DNA from: the human T2T-CHM13v2.0 reference genome, Homo sapiens
Direction: 5' to 3' (one strand)
Assembly (NCBI RefSeq): GCF_009914755.1
Contig: NC_060930.1
DNA length: 64,000 bases
Under the pieces are notes generated by a model that ran no database searches, was not told where the DNA came from, and was given only the letters and a program-made list of their open reading frames with translations. Shown piece by piece: positions 46,101-64,000 of this stretch. The translations under genes were made by a program, and so were the position numbers. The first letter of the stretch is position 1, and every line of letters begins with the position of its first letter.

Positions 46101-48210
46101 ACAATGAGAACACATGGACACAGGAAGGGGAACATCACACACCAGGGCCTGTTTTGGGGTAGGGGGAGTGGGGAGGGATAGCATTAGGAGATATACCTAA
46201 TATTAAATGAAGAGTTAATGGGTGCAGCACACCAACATGGCACATGTATACATATGTAACAAACCTGCACGTTGTGCACATGTACCTTAATACTTAAAGT
46301 AAAATAAAAAAAAAATAAAAAATAAAAATAAAATAAATTTTCTTTAAAAAAAGAAAAATTTCTGAACACTTTACAAAAGACAATGCTCAAAAAGCCAACA
46401 AAGATAACAAAGATATGAAAAGGTGTTCAACTTCATAGTTCATCTCATAAATGCAAGTTAAAACTACAAAAAGGTTTTATTACATGCTTACCATAATGGT
46501 AAAGAGGAAAATAAACAACAACAGAACAAAAATGGAAAATAAGTGTTAATAACATCTTACACACTTATACACTTCTCCTGGGAGAGTAAAATACTACAAT
46601 CACTTTGTAAAACTTTTTGGCAGTATCTACTAAAGCCACCCATGCTGGGAAGAAAGAGTTCAAGTAGCTGGGTTTTAATTCATTCATTATCCTCACAAAT
46701 GGAAGCCCTTGGGTGACAGAAAGGCTCTTTAGTCCATCCACTCTAATCTTCATAACTGGACCTCCAAATAAATAGATTAATAATATTTGCTAGGAAGAAG
46801 TGACTTTATCTCCAAAATGTCCCTGGCAGGATGTCCTGGTTCAGGATTACCTATGAAAAACAAACCCAAGATATACAAGAAATGGCTCTCATGAGAATGT
46901 CATTTAAGTTACATAATTCTTTGACTTCAAAATTTTTTGACTTCCCAATTTAAATGCTCCCGCTGTGTGAAATGGTGCTGCAAACTTAATATAGAGGTCT
47001 CATCTTTTATTCTGAGCCAGAAAGACATGTCTCACAGAAGAAAACAGAACCTGGGAAGCCAGCCTCAATGCCCCTATCTTATCTCTGCTTTTTCTGAAAT
47101 GATTGTTTTCAAATTGAAATTAATTAGTAAAGCTTGCTAAGGTGTAAGATCTCTGATATATTGAGTTTGATTTGATACTTTTATTCTGTGTCTTAGCTTA
47201 TATGTATACAATAAGACCCAACAATTCTACTCTTAGGTAAATGCCAAACAAATCATTCACTGTGCTCTGCTAAACCTTGGAATTGTTATATTCATAACAG
47301 CACTATTCTTAATGGTCTCGAACTGGAAAATATCAAATGCCAATACAGAAAAATGAATAAATTGTGGTATATTCACACAATGGAATTCTATTCAAGAGTT
47401 AATGGCTTCAACTTGTTAATGTGTAAAGACTCAGATATATTACTATGCATGTTTCTATTTATATAAAGCATAATCAATATATGATACAGACAAAATGCAA
47501 ACTAGATGTTGAGTTATAAAATTCATTGTTGCCTCTGTAACAGGCTTCTGAAGACATGCATATAACCTTCTGTGTTTTTTAAAGTCAGATAATGTATCTG
47601 TTCAATGTGACAAAATGTGGAGATGAATGATGAGAACAAAAACATACTAGGATTATAATTGAAAAGGAAAAAAAAACTTGTCAAATAGATAAAAACTTTG
47701 GAGATGACAAGTCATCTAATTGTTAATAGTTCTAATGCTTTTTACTTGGCTTTAAGAAAATATCCTTGCATGGAGTTTTAATGAAATATCAAACTGTTAT
47801 ATTTTAGTGGGGTTTTTTTTTGGTTAAGAGTATGTAAAAAACTGACTCACATTGCTTTACTGCCACCTGATGGGAAGAACTAAAATTACAGGCACAGGAG
47901 ATCATTCTTTCACTAGTTCCATCACTAGTTTATACTCATTTATTTTCACTAAAGTTTTGAAAGGTAACACTTATATATAGCTCACATGAATGTATAACTT
48001 AGGAAAAAATATTTCACTCCATATTGTCAATTTCTTAATTTTTTTCTAGTGTCATTGAAGAACCTTAAAACATTATCACTTAACTAATAATTCCAAATAC
48101 ATATTCCTACCTTCTGAAATGATGAAATTGGTCATGATGGTGTTGGTAATAATTGTAACATCAAACACCTTAAGCCCCTATTCAAAACATACTATGCTAA
48201 ACCCTCTAAT

Positions 48211-48627
48211 ACAGGACATTTTAACTCAGATTTCAGTAGAATCTAGGAATCCATATGTTTGAATAGGAAAAATTACATCATTATTTTTACTAAACCTTAA
48301 CTGAAATTTATCATTTCTTCCAATAGAATTCTATTATTTCCCTCTATAGAAACAACAAATTATTTTCATCATACATTATACTTACAACAACTATCTCTAA
48401 AAACTTGTTTATGTTCGTTACTACATTGAAACTTTGTTATTTGACTCATGATTAAAACTTGTTAATGTGTAAAGATTCACATATATTACTATTTCACATG
48501 ATCTTTAATATTTTGATAACTATATTTCAATATAATTGAATATAACTGGTTTTCTCTATAACTCTATATATGATATTTTCCAATTATACCAAAGGCTTCT
48601 ATGACCCTCCAAAATTAAGAATCCCTG
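48211..48627. mobile_element. MER113-like hAT-Charlie DNA transposon inserted in a MIR
   Basis: aaaaattacatc...ctgaaattta...atattttgataactatatttcaatataattg...ttaagaatccctg. Confidence 0.7.
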
Positions 48628-48629
48628 AA

Positions 48630-48810
48630 ATATCTCATTTACTCCTTATAACATCATGTCATTGACATTATCATCCCCATTTTAGAACTAAGGAAAATGA
48701 AGCATGTAAAGTTAAATGACTCTCCCAAGTTCACAAGACCAGTAACTCCCAGGGCTAGGATTAGAACCCAAATCCGTCTGGCTTCAGAGCAGGATTCCTT
48801 AACCACCGGT
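48630..48810 (-). mobile_element. MIR
   Basis: atccccattttaga...aggaaaatgaagc...gttaaatgactctcccaag core. Confidence 0.8.
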
Positions 48811-49344
48811 CTATTGTGGCCTTTGGGAATTTAAAACCTGGGAGAGTGACTTTCACACTTATCTACAGAGGCCTGGGGTTCTTTGTATGTGCTACATTAG
48901 ATGTAATGGGAAGCAGGAGGAACCATATCACAGGCAGATCAGTCCCTCATTGATAATTGGAATTCTATTTAAAATTTTGTTTTACAAACATGCATCCTCT
49001 AATATTTTTTTAAAAAAGAAGTTCCAAACTGTTGCCTAAAATGATAATGGACAAGTCTTAGTCATAAAACATACTTCTAAAAATTAGATATCAGACAGAT
49101 AATTTCATTATCAGCCATTTCAGTAAGCCAATGCCCCAAATAAATTATTTTACTGGTAATTTGATCCTTCAAAATCTTAATCTGAGAAGCAACTAGGTTT
49201 TTACAGATGTAATAGAATATCCCCAGTTCTGACTCCTCAATTTCAACTATAGAACAGAGGAAAAATCACAGTACATCTCAACATTACATCCACCCTATGC
49301 ATCCCCAACACTAAGCCCCTAAGTTTATTCTATAATTTGTATAA

Positions 49345-49750
49345 GACTTTAACTTTTTAAAATTTTAAGTTCAAGGGTAAAAGAGCAGATTAGTTACATA
49401 GGTAAACTTGTATTATGGGGGTTTGTTGTACAGATTTTTTCATCACCCAGGTATTAATCCTAGTACCCATTAGTTATTTTCCCTGATCCTCTCTCTCTTC
49501 CTACCCTCCACCTTCCAGTAGGCCCCCATGTGTGTTGTTCCCCTCTTTGGGTCCATGTGTCCATGTGTTCTCATCATTCAGCTCCCACTTATAAGTGAGA
49601 ACATGAGATATTTGGTTTTCTGTTCCTGTGTTAGTTTGTTATGGATAACTCCATGTCTATCCATATCCTTGCAAAGGACACAATCTCATTTTTTATGGCT
49701 GTGTAGTATTCCATGGGGTATAAGTTCCACATTTTCTTTATCCAGTCTAT
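49345..49750 (-). mobile_element. L1PA12/13-like 3' end fragment
   Basis: ggtttgttgtacaga...catcacccaggtatta...gctcccacttataagtgagaac. Confidence 0.88.
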
Positions 49751-51229
49751 TGGACTGGGAGATATGCTGAAAATATCTGATGACTGTCAACACGCTAGAC
49801 ATGGCTACAGTATATGTTTAATATACAGTCACTCAACCTCATTTCTACCTTATTTTTGTTATTAAATTAAACTGCTTGGCTTAATTGCTTCCTGTGGAAT
49901 TTCTGTGTGTTTTCTGGAACAATTTCAAGATTATAGATTAAGCAGAGTTTTAGCTTTATGAGGATATCTTGCATGTTTGGAAATGCTACCTATTCAATTA
50001 AGAAGGCTTAAATTGAGGCAAGAAATCTTTTTTTTTAAGCATTTGATTTTTCCTTTCAGAGATCTTATTAGAGTTCACAAGCAGTAGACATGGGTTAGGA
50101 AAAAACTGATGAGTCATTTTTAAGGTTCACCCATTTTGTGTTGAGTCAGAAAGAGGTGCAGGAGCTGCCTAGGTCAGAATAAAAAGCAGAAGTTGATCCA
50201 GTATCTTTGTTTCTGTCATTAAATATATTACAGTGACCAATAGGTATGTCATTCAGCACTATTAGATTTCCCAGAAAATATTAAACTGATCTTTGAACAT
50301 TATATTCCAGTGTCCCAAGATATAAAGAAATGAATGAAAAATAACTTGAAACACAGATGCTGCTAGATGAGAGAAAGAATATGATAAAATTGGAGGAAAA
50401 TAAAACCATAGCTGTGGAGTATGTCTGCCCAAAAATCTTGTGAGTAAAATAGAGCGTCTCTGCACAGACTTTTCACTGATCCTAGATTTCTTAGAACTGC
50501 AACAAGGAGAAAAGCCTTCTATAATCCCTGGCTGGCCAGTAGCTTACACATCTGCTTTCAGATGAAGATCTCATTTCCTTGTAATCTCTCCTCTCCACCC
50601 CCAAGTCCCTGCAAAGCAACACAAAGAGCATGTAACTGATGTACATGTAGCACTGCATATATTACATGGCACTTTAAGTACAGACTAGTCTTCACAAACT
50701 GAACAAATGCTTATTGTATAAACAAAAACTTCATATGGAGTGGATTTGATTACCCTAGTATTCTCTTTTCTTTTATAGATTACCTCTAATCAATAATTAC
50801 CAACCTTAAGAACGGGTAAATCATTTCTTCTTCCCTCCCCCAACTGCCTGCATTAAAATATCAGACAAATATCAAAGGACAGAAAAAATTTAAGCGAACA
50901 TCCAAGCCACAGTGAGAGGTCCAATAAGTGCCATAGGCATTAGTGATGGACAAAGGAGACAGGCAGGGCCAGAGGCAGAATTGCAGCCATGAGACAAGGA
51001 AGCAAAAACTGAAGTTGCTAAAGGGAATATGGCACAGCAGTTCAAGATTTCAAGGAACAATATCTCAGTTCTCTCTACAACATAATCAACATTTTGACCT
51101 CTCACATGATCTACCTCACCATCTCGACACTGAAACTTTTTCATCCCCATCTTTCCATTTTCATGTTTCACCAGCATGTGCTCAACACCAAACTGCCACA
51201 GAGTAAAATACACACCTTATTCTTTGAAA

Positions 51230-51630
51230 TAAAATCTCTTTGTTTGCTGCGATAGCCCCAGAGCCTAATACAGTGCCTGGAACACAGTGCATTCTCAATA
51301 TGTATGTTAAATGAATGAATGTTTTACTAGTCATTCGGCAAAACTTGTTGATTCTCAAAACATTCATATTTATATAGTATATGAACCCCACAACCACATA
51401 CAAATATGTATTAAATGAATATATGTGTAGGGAAATTTATGTGGATGGCAATGTTAACATAAAGGCTTTCATCCAGGGACTTATAACCTAGATGGAGGGA
51501 AGGATACATGTATAACAGGTTAAACCATGCAATTCAGCATGTGATATTTGCAGAAATAAAGTTATATGCTCTTCACATGCTTACAGAGAAAACTATCACA
51601 GTTAGAAGAATCCAGAGAGGAAAACTTCAT
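51230..51630. mobile_element. L2 3'-end fragments (opposed orientations)
   Basis: cagtgcctggaacacag...atgaatgaat, followed by antisense L2-like sequence. Confidence 0.55.
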
Positions 51631-51634
51631 AATA

Positions 51635-52140
51635 AGAATAACGATAGCCATGCTTATTCAGTTTTTCAGTAAGTGCTTTATGAATATTATCTAAGATAAT
51701 TCAAATTATTTCCTGCTACCTTACAAAGTACCTACTCCTGTCCATTAGACAGATGAGGAAGCTAAGAGTCAGGCTGCTTAAGGAACTTTTCTCAGGTCAC
51801 ATACCTAGCAAATGTGGACCTGGCATTAAAGCCCATGCTCTTACCTAATATGCTGTACATAAAGAATATAGGCATATGTTTATTTCTAATAATAAAATGA
51901 TAAGTTTTAATATTTAGTGAGTTCTTCCTATGTGCTATGCACTATAGTAAATGCTTTATATATATTTTATTTAATTCACACAATTCTATGAGGTAAATGC
52001 AATCATGATGCCCACTTTACAGCGGAATAAGCTAAGACTTTGAGAGGTTAAGTAATGTGCCTAAGTTTCACAAGTAATGATGAAGCCAGAATATAGGGTG
52101 ACTTAGCCTAGTTGGAGACCCTGCACACTTAACCAATACA
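51635..52140 (-). mobile_element. Two tandem MIR elements
   Basis: acagatgaggaagctaag core (~51750) and cccactttacagcggaataagctaag core (~52020). Confidence 0.75.
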
Positions 52141-52458
52141 CAACAGAGACAAGTCACACATGGCAGGCAGCTTTAGAAATTAAACCATGGAGTGGCAAAT
52201 AATAGAATTCTACATGAGCATTTAAACCCAACTATATTTTCCACCTCTTTTAAAGAAATGTGAACTCTCTGAAACTTCTGTTTGAATGAAGATGATCTTC
52301 TGCAAGGGAAAGTGACTTGGGGCTGTTAAGCAGAGATCTATTCGATACAGAATTCATTGTTGTAAAGAGGTTGTTGCTGCAGAGTTCTGAAATCTGGTCC
52401 AAGGTTGGTCACCAGAAGTACCTTCACAGAGCAACATGGATAGCCTTCGAAATGGGTG

Positions 52459-53210
52459 CTGTAGTCCCTGCTTATCCACAGTTTCAGTTATCCGTGGTCA
52501 GCCAGGGTCTGAAAATATGTACAACAAATTATTTTGAGAGAGAAAGACCACCTTCACACAACTTTTATTCCACTATACTATTATAATTGTTCTGCTTTAT
52601 TATTGATTGTTGTTAATCTCTTACTTTGCCTAATTTATAAATTAAACTCTATCATAGGTATGTATATGTGAAAGGAAAATAAAAACTTGGGACCCCAATT
52701 TACTATGCCAAAAGGAAAAAGTTAAGCTGAAAACTGAGTCATGCAAACAATTGCCTTTCCTTTTGTTCCTAAGCAGATAGCTACAGATAAAAGGTTAAAT
52801 ATCTCCACACATACCTACTCTGTGTTCATTGCATCTTATGTAAAATGCCAATTTATTGAGTATGAGATGAAAACATAATTGACTATTACCCTACCTGCTC
52901 TTTTTTTCGGACACCATGTGGATTTGGTAACATGACCATGCCCTCCCTTTTTCCCTTCCAGCCCACTTTTTCCCTTTAAATACTGAAGCCCTCAAAATCA
53001 TCTTTGGAGAAATGCACAGACCTCTCTCCTGGGCATGTACTTAACCTTAACAAAATATAGTTCTAAATTGATTGAGACCTGTCTCAGATACTTCTTTGTT
53101 TACATATGAATAGGAAAAAAAACATAGTGTATACTTCAGTACTATCTGGAATTTCAGGCATCCACTGGAGGTCTTGGAACATATCCTCCATGGATAAAGG
53201 GAAAGTACTG
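52459..53210. mobile_element. Tigger4 (Zombi)-type MITE, interrupted by a MER4 LTR
   Basis: gtagtccctgcttatcc and ggataaagggaaagtactg terminal repeats. Confidence 0.82.
52667..53104 (+). mobile_element. MER4C-like ERV1 solo LTR
   Basis: TGTGAAAGGAAAATAAAAACTTGGGACCCC...GTTTACA. Confidence 0.82.
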
Positions 53211-56200
53211 TACATGTCAGCTAAAGAAGTAAATGTTCCTCTTGTGACATGTACTAGTATGGTCATGTCAGAAATAAAATATTGCAACGAGATGAAATGA
53301 CAGTCTAGTCAGCATGAAAAGTAGAGCACGAAAAGGCTTTGTGATGACTTCCAGTTCCAAAATAGTGGTGTAGAAACAAGTTGGCTTAACTCCCCCACTC
53401 CCCACAGAAAACCAAAAGCAAATATATAGTGCTTAAATTATCGCCAGAAATAACCCAGAACTCAAATATGAGGAGGAAACATTTCCCAGGGTCACAGAGA
53501 AATGAAAAAACTCCAAACAGATAATAAGAGAATAAGACTTCCATGTCTGCAATGCCTCTATCCACAGTCTGCCCAGCACTAAATATGCAGAAAATTTCCC
53601 TCTGACTCATGGTTTCTACACTGGAAAAAGTGAGATTGAGGTAAACAGCCAACTTCCCCATCATCTTGGTTTCCCTACCAGAACCTGTGTCTGCCTCAAC
53701 CTACAAGAAGTATCAGGAGTGCCTGAAGAGAGAAATGTCCCTGAGGACAGCCAGAAACAAACAGGGGTGGCAGGGCTACCATCCCTAGACCTGGAAACTC
53801 TGCCCTGTTACTCGGTCAAAGGAGACACCAAATCAGAGTGGCTGTTGAGCAGCAGCATATTACTGCAGGAGGTGATTCCACAGGTCCCCTGGGCACTAAT
53901 CCCTAGCTAGCCTTCCAACACTACTGGGACATCCTTTTTGGGACCTCCCTCTTTGGGGACAGACAGCACTCTGTTTACTAGAACTGAGGCAAACAAAAAA
54001 AATCTCTAAGCATCACATTAAAAATAAAATAAAATAAAACGTGCCAGATAGAGAAGACTGGACAAAATGACTAAGCATTCAATGTAAAGACACTCAAAAC
54101 AAAAAAAAAGGAAGAAGAAAACAGAAAACCATGTCTTTCCAAACAGGCAAAGGAACCAGTGACTGACTCTAAAAGACTACAATATGTGAACTCTAACCAA
54201 GAATTCAAAACAGCAGTTTCAAGTTTGAAGGACACTCAGTGGTCACCAAAATAGCACAGAAAAGCAATTCAGAAATTTATCAGAGAAACGTTTAAAAGAG
54301 ATTAAAATACATAGTCCAAGGATACAAAAGAAAAAATAAAAAGGAACGAAGATGGCCTATAAAATATACCTAAAAATTACAAAATTATATAATAAGTTAC
54401 CTTAAATAGCCAAATCTAAGAATTACTGTGTTCAAGAGGGAGTTAAGCAAGAGTAAGGGGAGAGATTGCATTCAAAGAAATAACACAAAACTTTCCAAAA
54501 CTTGAGAAAGAGGAAAATATCCAGGTACAGGAAGGTCAGAGAATACCAAACAGATTCAACCCAAATAAGACTACCTCAAGGCACATAAAAATTAAACTTT
54601 CAAAGGTCAAGAAAAAGAAAGGAGCCTAAAAACAACAAGAAAAAAGAAGGAAATAACATGTAAAGGAGTACCGACTTATCTTACGGAAACCATACAGTCA
54701 AGAAGGGAGTAGGACAATATTTTCAAAGTGCTGAAAGAAAAAACCTGCCATCCAAGAATACTGTATCCAGTAAAACTATCCTTCAAATATGAAGGCAAGA
54801 TAAACTCTTTTCCAGAAAAACAAAACAGAGAATTTTCCATTCTTACAAGATGGCCTTGTAAGACCCATCTTACAAGAAATGATAAAGAAAATTTATTAAT
54901 CAGTCTAAAAAGAAAAAACACAAACATGCTAAAAGAAAACACTCAAAGGTATAAACCCCCCTGGGTAATATTAAGTACATATACCAACCTAGAATACTCT
55001 AATAGTATAAGTATAGTATGCAATCCTTTTATAACTCTAGTGAAACCCAAAAGTCAAGTCTATCTAAAATAATAATAGCTACAGAAACCTTCTAAGAGAA
55101 GGCAGTATAAAAATATGCAAAATGAGACAACTAAAAGTCAAAATATCTGGAGGTTAGAGTGAAAGTGTAGAATTCAGGGTTTTGTCTTTGTTTCTGTTCT
55201 TTTCTTTGTTATCTAGTATAAGCCATCTCTTTAAAATAACATTTTATATCTATAAGATATTTTTGTAAGCTTCATGGTAAACACAATGCAAAAATTATAT
55301 TCACTAAAAGTAATAAACAAAGAATTAAGAGGGAGGAGCAAAGATGGCCAAAAAGGAACAGCTCCTGTCTACAGCTCCCAGCATGAGCGACGCAGAAGAT
55401 GGGTGATTTCTGCATTTCCATCTGAGGTACCGGGTTCATCTCACTTGGGAGTGCCAGACAGTGGGCACAGGTCAGTGGGTGCGTGCACCGTGTGTGAGCC
55501 GAAGCAGGGCGAGGCATTGCCTCACTTGGGAAGTGCAAGGGGTCAGGGAGTTCCCTTTCCAAGTCAAAGAAAGGGGTGACGGACCCACCTGGAAAATCGG
55601 GTCACTCCCACCCGAATACTGCGCTTTTCCAACCAGTTTAAAAAACGGTGCACCACGAGATTATATCCCACACCTGGCTCAGAGGGTCCTACACCCACGG
55701 AGTCTCACTGATTGCTAGCACAGCAGTCTGAGATCAAACTGCAAGGTGGCAACGAGGCTGGGGGAGGGGCGCCTGCCATTGCCCAGGCTTGCTTAGGTAA
55801 ACAAAGCAGCCAGGAAGCTCGAACTGGGTGGAGCCCACCACAGCTCAAGGAGGCCTGCCTGCCTCTGTAGGCTCCACCTCTGGGGGCAGGGCACAGACAA
55901 ACAAAAAGACAGCAGTAACCTCTGCAGACTTAAATGTCCCTGTCTGACAGCTTTGAAGAGAGCAGTGGTTCTCCCAGCATGCAGCTGGAGATCTGAGAAC
56001 CGGCAGACTGCCTCCTCAAGTGGGTCCCTGACCCCCGAGCAGCATAACTGGGAGGCACCCCGCAACAGGGGCACACTGACACCTCACACAGCAGAGTATT
56101 CCAACAGACCTGCAGCTGAGGGTCCTGTCTGTTAGAAGGAAAACTAACAAACAGAAAGGACATCCACACCAAAAACCCATCTGTATATCACCATCATCAA

Positions 56201-56227
56201 AGACCAAAAGTAGATAAAACCACAAAG

Positions 56228-57243
56228 ATGGGGAAAAAACAGAACAGAAAAACTGGAAACTCCAAAAAGCAGAGCGCCTCTCCTCCTCCAAAGAACGCAT
56301 TTCCTCACCAGCAACGGAACAAAGCTGGATGGAGAATGACTTTGACGAGCTGAGAGAAGAAGGCTTCAGATGATCAAATTACTCTGAGCTACGGGAGGAC
56401 ATTCAAACCAAAGGCAAAGAAGTTGAAAACTTAGAAAAAAATTAAAAAGAATGTATAACGAGAATAACCAATACAGAGAAGTGCTTAAAGGAGCTGATGG
56501 AGCTGAAAATCAAGGCTCGAGAACTACGTGAAGAATGCAGAAGCCTCAGGAGCCGATGCGATCAACTGGAAGAAAGGGTATCAGCAATGGAAGATGAAAT
56601 GAATGAAATGAAGCGAGAAGGGAAGTTTAGAGAAAAAAGAATAAAAAGAAATGAGCAAAGCCTCCAAGAAATATGGGACTATGTGAAAAGACCAAATCTA
56701 CATCTGATTGGTGTACCTGAAAGTGATGGGGAGAATGGAACCAAGTTGGAAAACACTCTGCAGAATATTATCCAGGAGAACTTCCCCAATCTAGCAAGGA
56801 AGGCCAACGTTCAGATTCAGGAAATACAGAGAACGCCACAGAGATACTACTCGAGAAGAGCAACTCCAAGACACATAATTGTCAGATTCACCAAAGTTGA
56901 AATGAAGGAAAAAATGTTAAGGGCAGCCAGAGAGAAAGGTGGGGTTACCCTCAAAGGGAAGCCCATCAGACTAACAGCGGATCTCTCGGCAGAAACCCTA
57001 CAAGCCAGAAGAGAGTGGGGGCCAATATTCAACATTCTTAAAGAAACGAATTTTCAACCCAGAATTTCATATCCAGCCAAAGTAAGCTTCATAAGCAAAA
57101 GAGAAATAAAATCCTTTACAGACAAGCAAATGCTGAGAGATTTTGTCACCACCAGGCCTGCCCTAAAAGAGCTCCTGAAGGAAGCACTAAACATGGAAAG
57201 GAACAACCGGTACCAGCCGCTGCAAAATCATGCCAAAATGTAA
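56228..57243 (+). pseudogene. ORF1: L1 ORF1, early frameshift and stop; the C-terminal 248 codons are open
   Basis: ORF 56497-57243 ending NHAKM. Confidence 0.93.
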
Positions 57244-57299
57244 AGACCATCGAGACTAGGAAGAAACTGCATCAACTAACCAGCAAAATAACCAGCTAA

Positions 57300-61133
<3,834 letters not shown>

Positions 61134-63668
61134 ACAATGAGATCACATGGACACAGGAAGGGGAATATCACACTCTGGGGACTGTTGTGGGGTCGGGGGA
61201 GCGGGGAGGGATAGCATTGGGAGATATACCTAATGCTAGATGACAAGTTAGTGGGTGCAGCACACCAGCATGGCACATGTATACATATGTAACTAACCTG
61301 CACAATGTGCACATGTACCCTAAAACTTAAAGTATAGTAAAAAAAAAAAAAATTCCAAAATAAATCCAAAAAAAAACAGAAGAAGAAAAAAAGGAAAAAA
61401 AAAAACAAAGAATTAAAACATATTACCCGAGAAAATCGTCTAATCACCAAAGAAGACAGTAAAACAGGAAGAAAAGAGTTACAAGAAAACAAGCAACAAA
61501 ATGGCAGTAGTAAGTCCTTACTTATCAATAACAAAACTGAATATAAATTGACTCAATTCTCTACTAATTCAAAGGCATATAGTAGCTTAATCAATAAACA
61601 AGACTCAGATATATTCTACCTACAAGAAACCTACTTCACCCATAAATGCACACATAGACTGAAAGTGAAGGGGTGGAAAAAGACATTCTATACAACTAGA
61701 AACCAAAAAAGAGTAACAGTAGAAGTAGCTATACTCATATCAGATAAAATAGACTACACATCAAAAATTGAAAAAGAGACAAAGAAGGTCACAATATAAT
61801 GATAAAGGAGTCAATTCAGCAAGAGGATATAAATTATAAATATTCATGCACCCAACACTGGAGGTCCAAATATATAAAGCAAACAGTAATAGATATAAAG
61901 AGAGAGATAGACTGCAATACATTAAACTACACATTAGCTCTAATGGGGCTGACAATTATAGAACATTCCACCCAGTAGCTACAAAGTACACATTATTTTC
62001 ATCAGCACATGGAGCATTTTTTAGAATAGACCATATGTTAGATGGCAAAATAAATAACAAAATCAAAAAAGTAGAAATCCTATCAAGTAAATTTTCTGAC
62101 CGCTCTGGCATAAAACTAGAAACCAATAACAAGAGGAACCTCAAAAAGTACATAAACAAATGACAATTAAACAGCTTGCTCCTGAATGAGTAATGGATCA
62201 ATGAAGAAATTAGGAAGGAAGTTTAAAAATTTCTTGAAACAAATCAAAGTAGAAATATAACATACAAAAACCTATGGGATACAGCAAAAACTGTACTAAG
62301 AGGGAAGTTTATAACAATAAATGCGTATATTAAAAAAATAGGAAGACTTCAGATAAATTATCTAACCATTTGCTCAAGGGATGAGAATAGCAAGGACTAA
62401 CCAAACCAAAGTTAGTAGAAGGAAAGAAATAATAAAGATCAGAGCAGAAATAAATGAAACAAAGACTAAAAAACCATATAAAAGATATACCAAACCAAAT
62501 GTTGGGTTTTTTTTGAAAGGATAAGCAAAATCAATAAACCTTAATTAGATTAACTAAAAAAGAAAGAGAGGAGACCCAAATAAATACAATCAGAAATGAA
62601 AAAGAAGATGTAACAACTGAGACCACAACAATACAAAGATTCATTAGATACCATTATGAACAACTATATGACAAAAAATTGGAACACTTAGAGGAAATAG
62701 ATTCCTAAACACATACAATTTTCCAAAATTAAACCATGAAAAAATAGAAAACCTCAACAAACTAATGAGTAATAATATTGAAGCTGTTGTAAAAAGTCTC
62801 TCATCAAATAAAAGTTCAGGACCCAATTGGTTCACCATTGAATTCTACCAAACATTTAAAGAAGAAATATTACCAATTCTACTCAAACTCTTTGAAACAA
62901 TTGAAGAGGAGGAAATACTTCCAAATTCATTCTATGAGGCCAGCCTTACCCTGATATCAAAAGACAAGGATACAATAACTACAACAAAAACCTCAGGCCA
63001 ATATTTCTGATGAACATAGATGCAAAACTCCCCAACAAAATACTAGCAACTTAATCCAACAACATATTAAAAAGATCATTCCCCATGACCAGGTGGGATT
63101 CATTCCAGGAATGCAAGGATGTTTCAACATATGCAAATCAATAAACATGATACATCACATTAACATAACCAAGAACATAAGCCATATAATCATTTCAGCA
63201 GATGCTGAAAAAGCATTCAACGCATTTTTCATCCCTATTTGATAAAAATCTTCAACAAATGATACATAGAAGGAACATACCACAACCTATTAAAGGCCAC
63301 ATATAACAAACCCACAGCAAATACCATACTGAATGGAGAGAAATTGAAAGCCTTTCCTCTAAGACCTGGAACAAGACAAGGATGCCCGCTTTTGCTACTT
63401 TTATTCAACATAATACTGGAAGTTTTGGTCAGAGCAATTAGGTAAGAAAAAAAAATAAAGGGCATCCAAGTTGGAAAAGAAAAATCAAATTAGCCTTTTT
63501 TGTAGACAAAATAATTCCATACTTAGAAAAACCTAAAGACTCCACCAAAAACAAATCATTAAAACTGATAAACAAATTCAGTAAAGTTTCAGGATACAAA
63601 ATCAACTTACAAAAATCAATAATATTTATGTATGTCAACAGCAAACAATTTAAAAAGAAATCAAGATT

Positions 63669-63959
<291 letters not shown>

Positions 63960-64000
63960 TCAAGAAAGTAACCTCATAATAGGTACAAAAAATATAAAGT

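Noticed and set aside
50890-51213. Opposed 107-aa and 87-aa ORFs in unique DNA, with a nearby acceptor-like site at 50761-50778
   Set aside because: No recognisable protein family and no consistent exon chain

Overview
Primate (hominoid-type) genomic DNA, AT-rich and almost entirely transposon-derived. I found no intact host protein-coding gene. It holds three near full-length but inactivated L1PA elements (1-6022 minus; 40663-46353 plus; 55329-61402 plus) and a deleted HERV9/LTR12 provirus (27478-34000). It also holds older L1M/L1PA fragments, a four-level nest of elements inside a Tigger13a-like DNA transposon (6535-16343), and Alu, MIR, L2, MaLR and ERV1 LTRs. The most unusual signal is a ~114-bp antisense 28S rRNA fragment that replaces ~1.04 kb of the provirus 3' LTR only, with microhomology at both joints. 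Other unusual signals: several locally templated insertions (an LTR12 CCAAT unit copied into Tigger1, a MER113 segment copied into an L1ME, filler at the pol/env deletion, a perfect hairpin at an Alu end); two inverted young L1s ~49 kb apart sharing at least eight non-consensus variants; and a possible pogo/Tc2-like transposase fossil bounded by splice-like sites. All subfamily names and consensus comparisons come from recalled consensus sequences, not from a search.
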